Origin: a virus | Reading direction: 5' to 3' (one strand) | DNA length: 45,004 nt | IMG/VR virus record: IMGVR_UViG_3300045988_058230 | Coordinates: 1 to 45,004 of that record | In this document: positions 25,346 to 32,406 of the stretch, in pieces | How the letters are laid out: every line of letters begins with the position of its first letter | Position numbering within the stretch: the stretch's first letter is position 1 | Translations under genes and position numbers: made by a program | The notes under the pieces: model-generated | Database searches by the model: none | What the model saw: only the letters and a program-made list of their open reading frames with translations | What the model was told of the DNA's origin: nothing

Positions 25346-26185
25346 ATGTCTCTTTCTTCTGATAGCACGGTTCTGACCATGCCGGTACAGCCCGCCAACG
25401 GCTACAGCAACGGCTTCAACGGCTGGGGCGGCGACTGGATGGGCTGGATCGTCCTCTTCCTGATTTTCGGCATGTTCGGCTGGGGCGGCATGGGCGGCTT
25501 TGGCTGGGGCGGCGGCATGGGCGGCGCTTCGCCTTATATGACCAGCGCAGTGACCCAGGCAGACCTGCAGCGCGGCTTCGACAACCAGAGCGTCATGAAC
25601 AAGCTGAACGGGCTGGAAAGCGGCCTGTGTGATGGCTTCTATGCCATGAACACCGGGATGCTTCAGGGGTTCAACGGCGTGCAGCAGGGCCTGAACGGCG
25701 TCACCAACGCCATGCAGCAGGGCTTCAACAGCACCAACGTTGCGCTGATGCAGGGGCAGAATGCTCTGGCTACACAGCTGGCAGACTGCTGCTGCAAGAC
25801 CCAGACCGCGATCCAGGGAGTCAACTACAATTTGGCCACGCAGGAGTGCGATACCCGGAACCAGATGCAGCAGGGCTTCTGCGCAACGCAGAACACCATG
25901 AACAACAACACCCGGGACATCATCGAGAATCAGAACAGCAACACCCGCGCGGTGCTCGACTTCCTGACCAATGATAAGATCGCCACCCTGCAGAGCGAGA
26001 ACAACGAGCTTCGCCGGGCTGCTTCTCAGGATCGCCAGAGCGCGTTCCTGACCACCGCGATGAACGCGCAGACCAACCAGATCATCGGGACTCTGCAGCA
26101 GAAAGCTCCCGTGCCTGCCTATCAGGTGCCCAACCCCAACGCCATTTACTATGGTTGTGGGACCGGCTGCGGCAGCTGCGCATAA
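25346..26185 (+). CDS. Membrane-anchored Q/N-rich repeat protein with a Cys-rich C-terminus.
   Basis: AAAGGAG RBS. The Gly/Trp-rich hydrophobic segment reads GWGGDWMGWIVLFLIFGMFGWGGMGGFGWGGGMGG. It has repeated QQGFN/LQGFNG motifs, a CCC triplet and the end motif YYGCGTGCGSCA. Confidence 0.7.
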   Translation: MSLSSDSTVLTMPVQPANGYSNGFNGWGGDWMGWIVLFLIFGMFGWGGMGGFGWGGGMGGASPYMTSAVTQADLQRGFDNQSVMNKLNGLESGLCDGFYAMNTGMLQGFNGVQQGLNGVTNAMQQGFNSTNVALMQGQNALATQLADCCCKTQTAIQGVNYNLATQECDTRNQMQQGFCATQNTMNNNTRDIIENQNSNTRAVLDFLTNDKIATLQSENNELRRAASQDRQSAFLTTAMNAQTNQIIGTLQQKAPVPAYQVPNPNAIYYGCGTGCGSCA

Positions 26186-26252
26186 ATGAATCACGGCAAC
26201 TGACTGCAAATTGTAGTCTGTTCAGCCCCTGAGCTGATTTTGCAAACCAGAG

Positions 26253-26279
26253 CGCCGGGGCAAAAGTCCCGGCGTTTTT
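26253..26279 (+). terminator. Rho-independent terminator.
   Basis: Stem CGCCGGG/CCCGGCG, loop GCAAAAGT, then TTTTT. Confidence 0.75.
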
Positions 26280-26299
26280 CTATGAAAGGAGCCGATAAA

Positions 26300-26722
26300 A
26301 TGGCTGAATTTAGCAACTCCAACACCGTCACTGTGGAGGCTGGTGAAAACCTCCCCCTGACCGAGACCGCAGTGAAAGCCCCCGCCTGCATCATGCACCG
26401 TGAGGGCAGCGGCCTCGTGACCCTGCGCGGTCTGACCAATCAATGCAAGGCGCGCTTCAAGGTAAGCTTTGGCGGCAATGTCGCCATTCCCACCGGCGGC
26501 ACCGTTGGGCCCGTTTCCGTGGCGCTGGCTGTCGGCGGTGAGTCGCTGACCAGTGCGACAGCCATTGTCACCCCGGCGGCAGTCGAAAATTACTTCAATG
26601 TTTTCGTGGCTGCGTTCATCGAGGTACCGCGCGGCTGTTGCGTGACCGTGGCGGTTAAAAACACCAGTGCGCAGGCAGTCAGCATTGCAAACAGCAATTT
26701 GATCGTTGAGCGGGTAGCATAA
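26300..26722 (+). CDS. BclA-C-terminal / ExsF-like (C1q/TNF-type jelly-roll) domain protein (putative).
   Basis: ATG at 26300 behind AAAGGAG; 140 aa. The alternating beta-strand pattern is NSNTVTVEAGENL..GLVTLRG..ARFKVSFGG..VSVALAVGGESL..CVTVAVKNTS..SNLIVERVA. Confidence 0.45.
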   Translation: MAEFSNSNTVTVEAGENLPLTETAVKAPACIMHREGSGLVTLRGLTNQCKARFKVSFGGNVAIPTGGTVGPVSVALAVGGESLTSATAIVTPAAVENYFNVFVAAFIEVPRGCCVTVAVKNTSAQAVSIANSNLIVERVA

Positions 26723-26738
26723 GAAAGGAGATAAAGTC

Positions 26739-27140
26739 ATGCTGGATAAACTGAATCATCTGAAGGATGAGATGTGCGACGAGCTCATGGAGCTGACCGA
26801 CAAAAAGAACCGCTCCCCGGGTGATATCGAGATGATCGGCGAGATCGTGGATATCATTCTGGACATCCACCGCATCGAGGACTACTGCGAGGGCGGCGAG
26901 TACAGCCGTGCGGGCGAGTGGGAAGCTGACATGCGCGGGACCTTTGGCCATGATGCCGGAAACGGTTACAACCGGGGCAACAGCTACGCCAACCGAGGCC
27001 GTCACTATGTGCGCGGGCACTACTCCCGCACGGATGGCCGTGAGCGCATGATCTCTGACATTGAGGAAATGATGCAGGACGCCACCGGCGCAGAGCGTGA
27101 CGCCTACAAGCGGGCAGCTGACATCTTGCGCAACGCATAA
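26739..27140 (+). CDS. Hypothetical protein with helical ends and a central G/R/Y/N-rich segment.
   Basis: 133 aa behind AAGGAG. The central segment reads GNGYNRGNSYANRGRHYVRGHYSRTDGRER. Confidence 0.6.
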   Translation: MLDKLNHLKDEMCDELMELTDKKNRSPGDIEMIGEIVDIILDIHRIEDYCEGGEYSRAGEWEADMRGTFGHDAGNGYNRGNSYANRGRHYVRGHYSRTDGRERMISDIEEMMQDATGAERDAYKRAADILRNA

Positions 27141-27158
27141 GGGAGGAGGGCGGCAGGC

Positions 27159-27488
27159 ATGGACATTGACGAGATCAATGAGCACATCCGAAAGCTCAAG
27201 TGTGAGGAAACCAGCTGGCAGAGCGTGGAAAAGCTTGCCGCCCTCTGCACTGTACGGGACGAGCTGGAAGAAGCACACGCGCCTGAAACGCAAATCCAGG
27301 CACTGCCGCCCGTGACTTATGCGGCGGCGTACTCCACGGCAGCGGAACCGCAAAGCGACTTTGTGGCGGCTGCCAGCTCTGTTCCTTTCGGTGGCCTGAT
27401 GCAGGTGCTTGACGAGCACATGAAGGCAATAAAGCTGGTTTACCCGAAAGAGTATGAGCTAGTAATGCGGAAGATAAGCGACTTGTAA
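27159..27488 (+). CDS. Hypothetical protein.
   Basis: 109 aa behind GGGAGGAGGG. It is the last gene before attP. Confidence 0.55.
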   Translation: MDIDEINEHIRKLKCEETSWQSVEKLAALCTVRDELEEAHAPETQIQALPPVTYAAAYSTAAEPQSDFVAAASSVPFGGLMQVLDEHMKAIKLVYPKEYELVMRKISDL

Positions 27489-27543
27489 AAATGCATAGAA
27501 TGTGCTATTTTTACATAAGCTTCAGCGTTTTGGCATGGGATGC

Positions 27544-27554
27544 ATAATCTAACA
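27544..27554 (+). repeat. Putative integrase arm-type site (ATAATCTAACA), P arm.
   Basis: An exact 11-mer repeated at 27738..27748. Related CTAACAAA/CCAACAAA motifs lie nearby. Confidence 0.5.
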
Positions 27555-27602
27555 GAAAGCTAACAAATTGATAATTATTCACTTTAAAACGCTAAATAAA
27601 TT

Positions 27603-27650
27603 TGATTTGTAATCAGTGGGTTGCAGGTTCAACTCCTGTCACCAGCTCCA
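27603..27650 (+). other. attP core: a copy of the 3' half of a tRNA-Thr(UGU) gene (anticodon loop through ACCA-like end).
   Basis: TGA-TTTGTAA-TCAGT-GGGTT-GCAGG-TTCAACT-CCTGT-CACCAGC-T-CCA. There is no matching 5' acceptor strand (GCTGGTG) upstream. The site lies 113 bp from the integrase stop. Confidence 0.7.
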
Positions 27651-27658
27651 AAAAATAA

Positions 27659-27700
27659 ACGCACGAACGATAAAAATGAATCGTCCGTGCGTTTTTCTTT
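27659..27700 (+). terminator. Rho-independent terminator just after the tRNA-like attP core.
   Basis: ACGCACGAACGAT...ATCGTCCGTGCGT stem followed by TTTTTCTTTTT. Confidence 0.7.
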
Positions 27701-27737
27701 TTACTTGAAATGCCTTGAAATCTCCTGAATGAACGTG

Positions 27738-27748
27738 ATAATCTAACA
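27738..27748 (+). repeat. Putative integrase arm-type site (ATAATCTAACA), P' arm.
   Basis: Exact repeat of 27544..27554, on the other side of the core. Confidence 0.5.
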
Positions 27749-27762
27749 AACAATCCAACAAA

Positions 27763-28896
27763 TCAGTACTTCATCTTCTGCATTTCCTGCAACAAATAGG
27801 CTGGATCGTTGTGGGACACGTACTTGTTTGCCGTGGTGGAGAAATTTTTGTGCCCAAGGATGGCCTGCACGGCGGTCTTTTCTAAGCCGCACTCCACCAT
27901 CTTGCTACTGGCCGTGTGGCGCAGCGTGTGTGGATGCACCCCCTCTATGTGGCATTCCTGCATCAACGCCCGGAACTTTGTAGCCACGTTGCGCTTATCC
28001 AGCTTTGTGCCGGTCTTGGATGGAATCAGCCACTCACAGCCGCTATCAAGCATCCAAAAGGCAATGATCTTGTAAATGGGCTCAAGGATGGGGATGATGC
28101 GGTTCTTGCCTGCTTCTGTCTTTTCACCGCCCTGCATGTACCGCTCTTTCAGGTGCACATCCTCGCAGCGCATGGAAAGCAGCTCGTCAATGCGCATACC
28201 GGTATAAAGCAGCACCATTGCAATTTGCGCCGTCTGCCCAAACTTCGGGTCATTTTGTCGGCTGCTGATCCGCTCGATCTCTTGGGCGGTCAGGGTGCGC
28301 TCTTCTTTTCCTGTAGCCGCCGGGAGCTGCAGTAGCATGGCGTAATTTTTGTTTATAATGTCCTGCGCCATTGCCCACTCGCAGATCTGGCTGAAAAGTG
28401 TGCGCTGCTTTTCGCAGGAGCTGCGGGAAAGTCCCTTTTCCACCATTGCGTCAATGACCTGTTGATAATCTGCCGCTTTTAAGTCCCGCAATTGTCGGTC
28501 GTATAGCGGAACAGCCTTTGCATAGGCCAGCTCGTACCCCTTTTGCATGTCCGTGCTGAGCTTGTCAAATTTGGGCTGCGCTTTCCATTTGGCATAGGCA
28601 TCCGCAAAGGTGCATTTCAGACGCGCTGCGGGCGTGTTCTGGGCGTTGTAAGCGTCCAGCGCTTGTACGGCTTCGCCTGCCGTTTCAAACGTCCCCAGAA
28701 CGTCCCTTTGGGCTGTAAGCGCCACATACGGTCTTGCCCGCGTCCCACTCAGTTTATACACGCTGCCGCTGCCCTTGGGACGGCGGCGCTTTTTTCTTTG
28801 CTGCGGGGCGGCTTCCGGCTGCTTCTTCCCGCACCACGGACAAAAAGAAGCACCATCCGGGATCTCTTTCCTGCAGCATGGTCTCACGCATTTCAT
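27763..28896 (-). CDS. int: Tyrosine integrase with an N-terminal zinc ribbon.
   Basis: 377 aa. It begins MKCVRPCCRKEIPDGASFCPWCGKK and carries catalytic-type motifs TGMRIDELL, HTLRHTASS, LGH and NKYVSH (Tyr). Confidence 0.9.
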   Translation of the reverse strand: MKCVRPCCRKEIPDGASFCPWCGKKQPEAAPQQRKKRRRPKGSGSVYKLSGTRARPYVALTAQRDVLGTFETAGEAVQALDAYNAQNTPAARLKCTFADAYAKWKAQPKFDKLSTDMQKGYELAYAKAVPLYDRQLRDLKAADYQQVIDAMVEKGLSRSSCEKQRTLFSQICEWAMAQDIINKNYAMLLQLPAATGKEERTLTAQEIERISSRQNDPKFGQTAQIAMVLLYTGMRIDELLSMRCEDVHLKERYMQGGEKTEAGKNRIIPILEPIYKIIAFWMLDSGCEWLIPSKTGTKLDKRNVATKFRALMQECHIEGVHPHTLRHTASSKMVECGLEKTAVQAILGHKNFSTTANKYVSHNDPAYLLQEMQKMKY

Positions 28897-28899
28897 GGC

Positions 28900-29487
28900 T
28901 TACTCCTTTTTCTGCCCGATATATCCAAAGGCACCATTTTCAGCAGCGGCCCTTCCGGCCTTGTAGTTGATCTTCAGGTCGTCAATGGGAGGTTGCGGAT
29001 CGTCCGGGCATGGGTCAAGGCCCGCGATCTGCGCATAGGTATACTGGTCTATGATGGTCCCGCATACACTGGCCCTGTTGTTGAGTGGGCAGTGCAGGTT
29101 TGCAGCTATCTCCGATATGACAGCAGGCGGGCTGCTGCCGTGACTGCCCTTCAGTATGAAGAGAAGCAGCTTTTTCGTCAGTGGCGGCAAGTTTACCACG
29201 AGACGGCGCAGCTCCGCGTTTAGCTCATCGTCGGCCTTGCCGTCATCCGGCACTTTGTACAGATCCGGGTGGATCATCTCCATGAACATAGATATGGGCG
29301 ACACGCCACACGCCGTGCACCAGTCCATGATCTCGTCACTGTCCGGGCTGGTGCAGCCTTTTTCCCAGCTCTGCACGGTGCGCTCTCCTTTTTCGATGCG
29401 CCTTGCGATCTCCGCTTGGCTCAGGCCAGCAGACACCCGTGCTTTTGCAAGTGCTTTCCCGATTTGGCTCGCCGTAAAATAACTCAT
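28900..29487 (-). CDS. XRE-family HTH repressor-like protein with a C-terminal domain.
   Basis: ORF trimmed to the ATG at 29487 behind GGGGGTGAAAG. HTH stretch: LSQAEIARRIEKGERTVQSWEKG. It is coupled to int. Confidence 0.75.
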   Translation of the reverse strand: MSYFTASQIGKALAKARVSAGLSQAEIARRIEKGERTVQSWEKGCTSPDSDEIMDWCTACGVSPISMFMEMIHPDLYKVPDDGKADDELNAELRRLVVNLPPLTKKLLLFILKGSHGSSPPAVISEIAANLHCPLNNRASVCGTIIDQYTYAQIAGLDPCPDDPQPPIDDLKINYKAGRAAAENGAFGYIGQKKE

Positions 29488-29525
29488 ACTTTCACCCCCA
29501 TAAAACCAGTGTGTTTTTAACAAAA

Positions 29526-29552
29526 AATGGCGCAGACTTTTTCTGCGCCATT
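29526..29552. promoter_or_regulatory. Perfect 11-bp inverted repeat (AATGGCGCAGA-CTTTT-TCTGCGCCATT) in the divergent control region.
   Basis: Read directly. It could be an operator or a bidirectional hairpin. Confidence 0.5.
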
Positions 29553-29645
29553 CGACAAATTTTATCCGTATTTTGTTTTCCAACGGCGCATGGTAAAATC
29601 TGGATTATAAATCGTAGATGTGCACAAAAGAAAGGAGAAAACAAA

Positions 29646-29756
29646 ATGGATTTTGAGCAAAGAAACGTCAAAGAAGCTGAAATGACCATCATCGATGGAA
29701 TGCCCGCCAGCATCCTGACCGGCACCGACCACACCCCTGCACCTTGGGAGGAATGA
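29646..29756 (+). CDS. Small hypothetical protein (36 aa).
   Basis: AAAGGAGAAAACAAA precedes the ATG at 29646. It is divergent from the repressor. Confidence 0.4.
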   Translation: MDFEQRNVKEAEMTIIDGMPASILTGTDHTPAPWEE

Positions 29757-29759
29757 GTT

Positions 29760-29972
29760 ATGAAAAATCTGTCACACTTTCGCACCCATGCCCGTGCCCT
29801 GCTGGCCTGCTATTTGGATATGACCCCGGAGCAGCAGCGCCTTGCTCGCGCTTACATTCAAGATAAGGCCCTGCCGGAGGTGCAAGCCCTGCGCAACGCA
29901 GCCGGTACGCCCGGCGGGGCGCTGGCTGCTGATCTGTTGCAAAATTTGCAGCAGCCTTGCAACCACGAATAA
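29760..29972 (+). CDS. Hypothetical protein.
   Basis: 70 aa behind GGGAGGA, followed by the terminator at 29989..30013. Confidence 0.5.
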   Translation: MKNLSHFRTHARALLACYLDMTPEQQRLARAYIQDKALPEVQALRNAAGTPGGALAADLLQNLQQPCNHE

Positions 29973-29988
29973 GCTGAAATGTCAGCGT

Positions 29989-30013
29989 AAATCCACGTTT
30001 TCAATGGATTTTT
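29989..30013 (+). terminator. Rho-independent terminator.
   Basis: Stem AAATCCA/TGGATTT followed by a T run. Confidence 0.6.
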
Positions 30014-30093
30014 CCACCGAAAACAGTACACGAATGGGGATTGACGGCCACAACCAACGGTTTTATAATATGGTTGTGAACATGTTTTACACG

Positions 30094-30846
30094 TTAGTTT
30101 TTGTGGTAAATGACCTCAAGTCCGTGATCTGGATGATACGACCATGTAACGGTCACTTTGTCAAAAGCTTCCTTTTGCCTTCCGTCAATGGCACGAGTGC
30201 TCACAATTTCTTCGTAAAGCCAATCGGGAAGCCCTAGCGATTCATTAGCTTCTCTAACATGCATAAGCCCAATCGCTTTATTAGTTGTATTGTCCTTCAG
30301 GTCGTATGGATTTGTATCAATTGACAGGTATGAGCCATCGTCCGCAAGCGTTATGGTGATGTCGGCATATACATCATGCAACGTCCGAAAAACGCTATCG
30401 CTTGTTGTGCCACAATCGGTAACATCCCACATACACTTGCCTATTGAGGTCTCTATTTTTTGATTTTTTTCATTAAATGTGATTTTTTGGCTGATAAGAA
30501 TAATCGGAGCTCCATCACCGGCTGTCTGCTGATATTTTCCTTTAAAAGTGAAAGTTTGATTTGCAAATGCGGTTCTCGCGTGCTCATACTGTACACTTTT
30601 TACAGCGGCATAAAAACGTTTCCCACTTTCATCTATGACGGAAAAGCATTTGTAATCGGTTTCAGGAAAAGGATAAACGGAATAATCCTCCGCGGTATAA
30701 GTGTAAAAATAGTCGAAATCGGTTCGTCCGGAAAACTCGACTGTTTGACCCACTTTGTACTGGTTCCCATCTGCAAAAGCCGTCATGGCAAAAGGAATGG
30801 ACAAAGCCGCAGTCAAACCCAATGCAAGAAACGTTCTTCTTTTCAT
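30094..30846 (-). CDS. Secreted protein of unknown function (AT-rich moron).
   Basis: ATG at 30846 behind GAGGTGG. The signal-peptide-like N-terminus is MKRRTFLALGLTAALSIPFAMTAFADG. Hairpins flank the gene at 30049..30078 and about 30876..30900. Confidence 0.7.
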   Translation of the reverse strand: MKRRTFLALGLTAALSIPFAMTAFADGNQYKVGQTVEFSGRTDFDYFYTYTAEDYSVYPFPETDYKCFSVIDESGKRFYAAVKSVQYEHARTAFANQTFTFKGKYQQTAGDGAPIILISQKITFNEKNQKIETSIGKCMWDVTDCGTTSDSVFRTLHDVYADITITLADDGSYLSIDTNPYDLKDNTTNKAIGLMHVREANESLGLPDWLYEEIVSTRAIDGRQKEAFDKVTVTWSYHPDHGLEVIYHKN

Positions 30847-31085
30847 AATAACCACCTCATATACAAAAATAGGCAGCCAACCAGCTGCCTAAAAAGCTAA
30901 ATTATCAAGGAAAATGCCAAAGGGGGAAAATAAAGTGCAAGAAAATAGCACAAAGTTTGCAAAATGTGATACAATGGAAGAAAAGTGCCGCCTCAAAGCT
31001 TTATTTTCTTCTCTGTCGGCACAGGAAAAACAAGAGGTTCTTTCCTATGCGGAAAGCCTGCTCAACAGCAGAAAGGAGTAAATCT

Positions 31086-31535
31086 GTGGATAAGTACGAG
31101 ATTGAACTGGGCCGGTACAAAACCAGAATTTTTGCTCTTCTGGCAACGGAAGCGTCCGGCCTGCCCGGAATCAAAAGCGAAGAGTGCGCAAATTGCGACC
31201 ACCGGTGCTCTCTTGAAATCGGGTGTTACTGCTTCAACTACGGATGCGGAAAGGGCAAGACCACGGAAGAGCTGCACGAAGCATTTGACCGCGTTTGTGA
31301 TGCCCTTAAAATTTCTGGCCGAAGATGGACACCAGCAAATCCAATGCGGCCTGAAGTATTTGATTCTCCCGATCTGCTCGAAGTTCTTGAAGATAGGCTT
31401 CTCCAGCTAGCGGAAGAGAATAAATGTACTCGCTGGGAAGAAAACCACCCACCCCGTCAGGAATGTACTCTTTGCGGCGCTCATCAATCAGACCACGGCC
31501 CTTCAAGTTCTGAATGTACCGATTCTGGCCGTTGA
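31086..31535 (+). CDS. Uncertain ORF. The Cys-rich N-terminal half is plausible, but the 3' 230 nt overlaps a convergent gene.
   Basis: GTG at 31086, 7 nt after AGGAG. The N-terminus reads VDKYEIELGRYKTRIF..CANCDHRCSLEIGCYCFNYGCGKG. The tail is P/R/W-rich and junk-like. Confidence 0.3.
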   Translation: MDKYEIELGRYKTRIFALLATEASGLPGIKSEECANCDHRCSLEIGCYCFNYGCGKGKTTEELHEAFDRVCDALKISGRRWTPANPMRPEVFDSPDLLEVLEDRLLQLAEENKCTRWEENHPPRQECTLCGAHQSDHGPSSSECTDSGR

Positions 31536-31647
31536 GACTGAAATCCTCGCCGGAAATGAGGCAGACTTCGTGCTGGTTCATTTTCCCGTTGTGCTTCTCC
31601 ATATATAATAGGAGAGCCAGGCTCTTTTTGTCCAAAAACTCAGCCAT
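31306..31647 (-). CDS. Winged-helix-like small protein.
   Basis: ATG at 31647 behind GGAAGGA. The product, MAEFLDKKSLALLLYMEKHNGKMNQHEV.., overlaps the upstream XRE gene stop by 8 nt. Confidence 0.6.
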   Translation of the reverse strand: MAEFLDKKSLALLLYMEKHNGKMNQHEVCLISGEDFSLNGQNRYIQNLKGRGLIDERRKEYIPDGVGGFLPSEYIYSLPLAGEAYLQELRADRENQILQAALDLLVSIFGQKF

Positions 31648-31993
31648 TGGGGTTTTCCTTCCTCTTTGCAACCTTAAATTCCATATACTCCAGAAGATCT
31701 GCACGGTCTGCATCGGTCATCTGACTTAGCAGCGTGTCAAACCTTGCATCCAGCTCGCTCCCGCCGGGAGCGAGCTTTTCTTTTTGGCTTTCATTGCCAG
31801 AAACCAAAGATTCAACGCTTATCTCAAAATAATTTGCAATTTTTTCAAGCGTCTCGTACTTCAATGTCTGCTTTCTACCAGACTTCAAATCGGATAAAGA
31901 GCCACGACTTGCACCGGAATCTCTGCACATCGTTGTCACGTTGACCCCGCGCTTTTTGCAGAGGTTTTCGATATTGTTGTACAAGTTTGCCAT
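31640..31993 (-). CDS. XRE-family repressor (CI-like) of the early switch.
   Basis: ATG at 31993. HTH stretch: IENLCKKRGVNVTTMCRDSGASRGSLSDLKSGRK. It is divergent from the Cro-like gene. Confidence 0.8.
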   Translation of the reverse strand: MANLYNNIENLCKKRGVNVTTMCRDSGASRGSLSDLKSGRKQTLKYETLEKIANYFEISVESLVSGNESQKEKLAPGGSELDARFDTLLSQMTDADRADLLEYMEFKVAKRKENPNG

Positions 31994-32050
31994 AATTCCA
32001 GACCTCAAATTGTGAGTTGCGCCGAAATTACGCGAACGCTTAAAAAAGCC

Positions 32051-32079
32051 TTGCATTTTACGCGAAAGCGTATTATACT
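32051..32079 (+). promoter_or_regulatory. Rightward early promoter (TTGCAT-17 nt-TATACT) with a TACGC-N4-GCGTA inverted repeat in the spacer.
   Basis: Read directly: TTGCAT at 32051..32056, TATACT at 32074..32079, operator at 32059..32072. Confidence 0.6.
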
Positions 32080-32123
32080 AAGACCATACCGCGATGGCGT
32101 AATACATGATTTCTAGCAATTTC

Positions 32124-32152
32124 ATTATATTACACCTATGCGTAAAAATCAA
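32124..32152 (-). promoter_or_regulatory. Leftward promoter (TTGATT-17 nt-TATAAT) for the repressor operon, face-to-face with the rightward promoter.
   Basis: The reverse complement of 32124..32152 is TTGATT-TTTACGCATAGGTGTAA-TATAAT. Confidence 0.55.
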
Positions 32153-32170
32153 TAGTTTGGAGGTGAAAAA

Positions 32171-32392
32171 ATGACAGAAAAGAAGCCTCTTTGTGAATTT
32201 GGCAAGCAAATCGAGATTGCGCTGATTCAAATGGACAAGCGTAATGATTGGTTGATTGAGCAGGTCAAAGAGGACACGGGTAGATATTTCGACCGTTCAT
32301 ATCTGCACAAGGTCAAGACGGGAGAAATCGAGACCCCCGGGATTTTGCAGAGCATCAGCAAAATACTGAACATCAGCACCCATACAACTTAA
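32171..32392 (+). CDS. Cro-like small HTH protein.
   Basis: 73 aa behind GGAGGTG, in the position opposite the repressor. Confidence 0.65.
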   Translation: MTEKKPLCEFGKQIEIALIQMDKRNDWLIEQVKEDTGRYFDRSYLHKVKTGEIETPGILQSISKILNISTHTT

Positions 32393-32406
32393 AAAGGAGG
32401 AAGCAA

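Noticed and set aside
27603-27650. A complete tRNA-Thr gene next to the integrase.
   Set aside because: Only the anticodon loop through the 3' end is present. The complementary 5' acceptor strand (GCTGGTG) and a D arm are absent upstream.
30974-31081. 35-aa ORF (MEEKCRLKALFSSLSAQEKQEVLSYAESLLNSRKE) upstream of 31086.
   Set aside because: The peptide looks plausible, but its ATG overlaps a TG-n-TACAAT extended -10-like element, so it might lie upstream of the transcription start. The evidence is too weak to call it.
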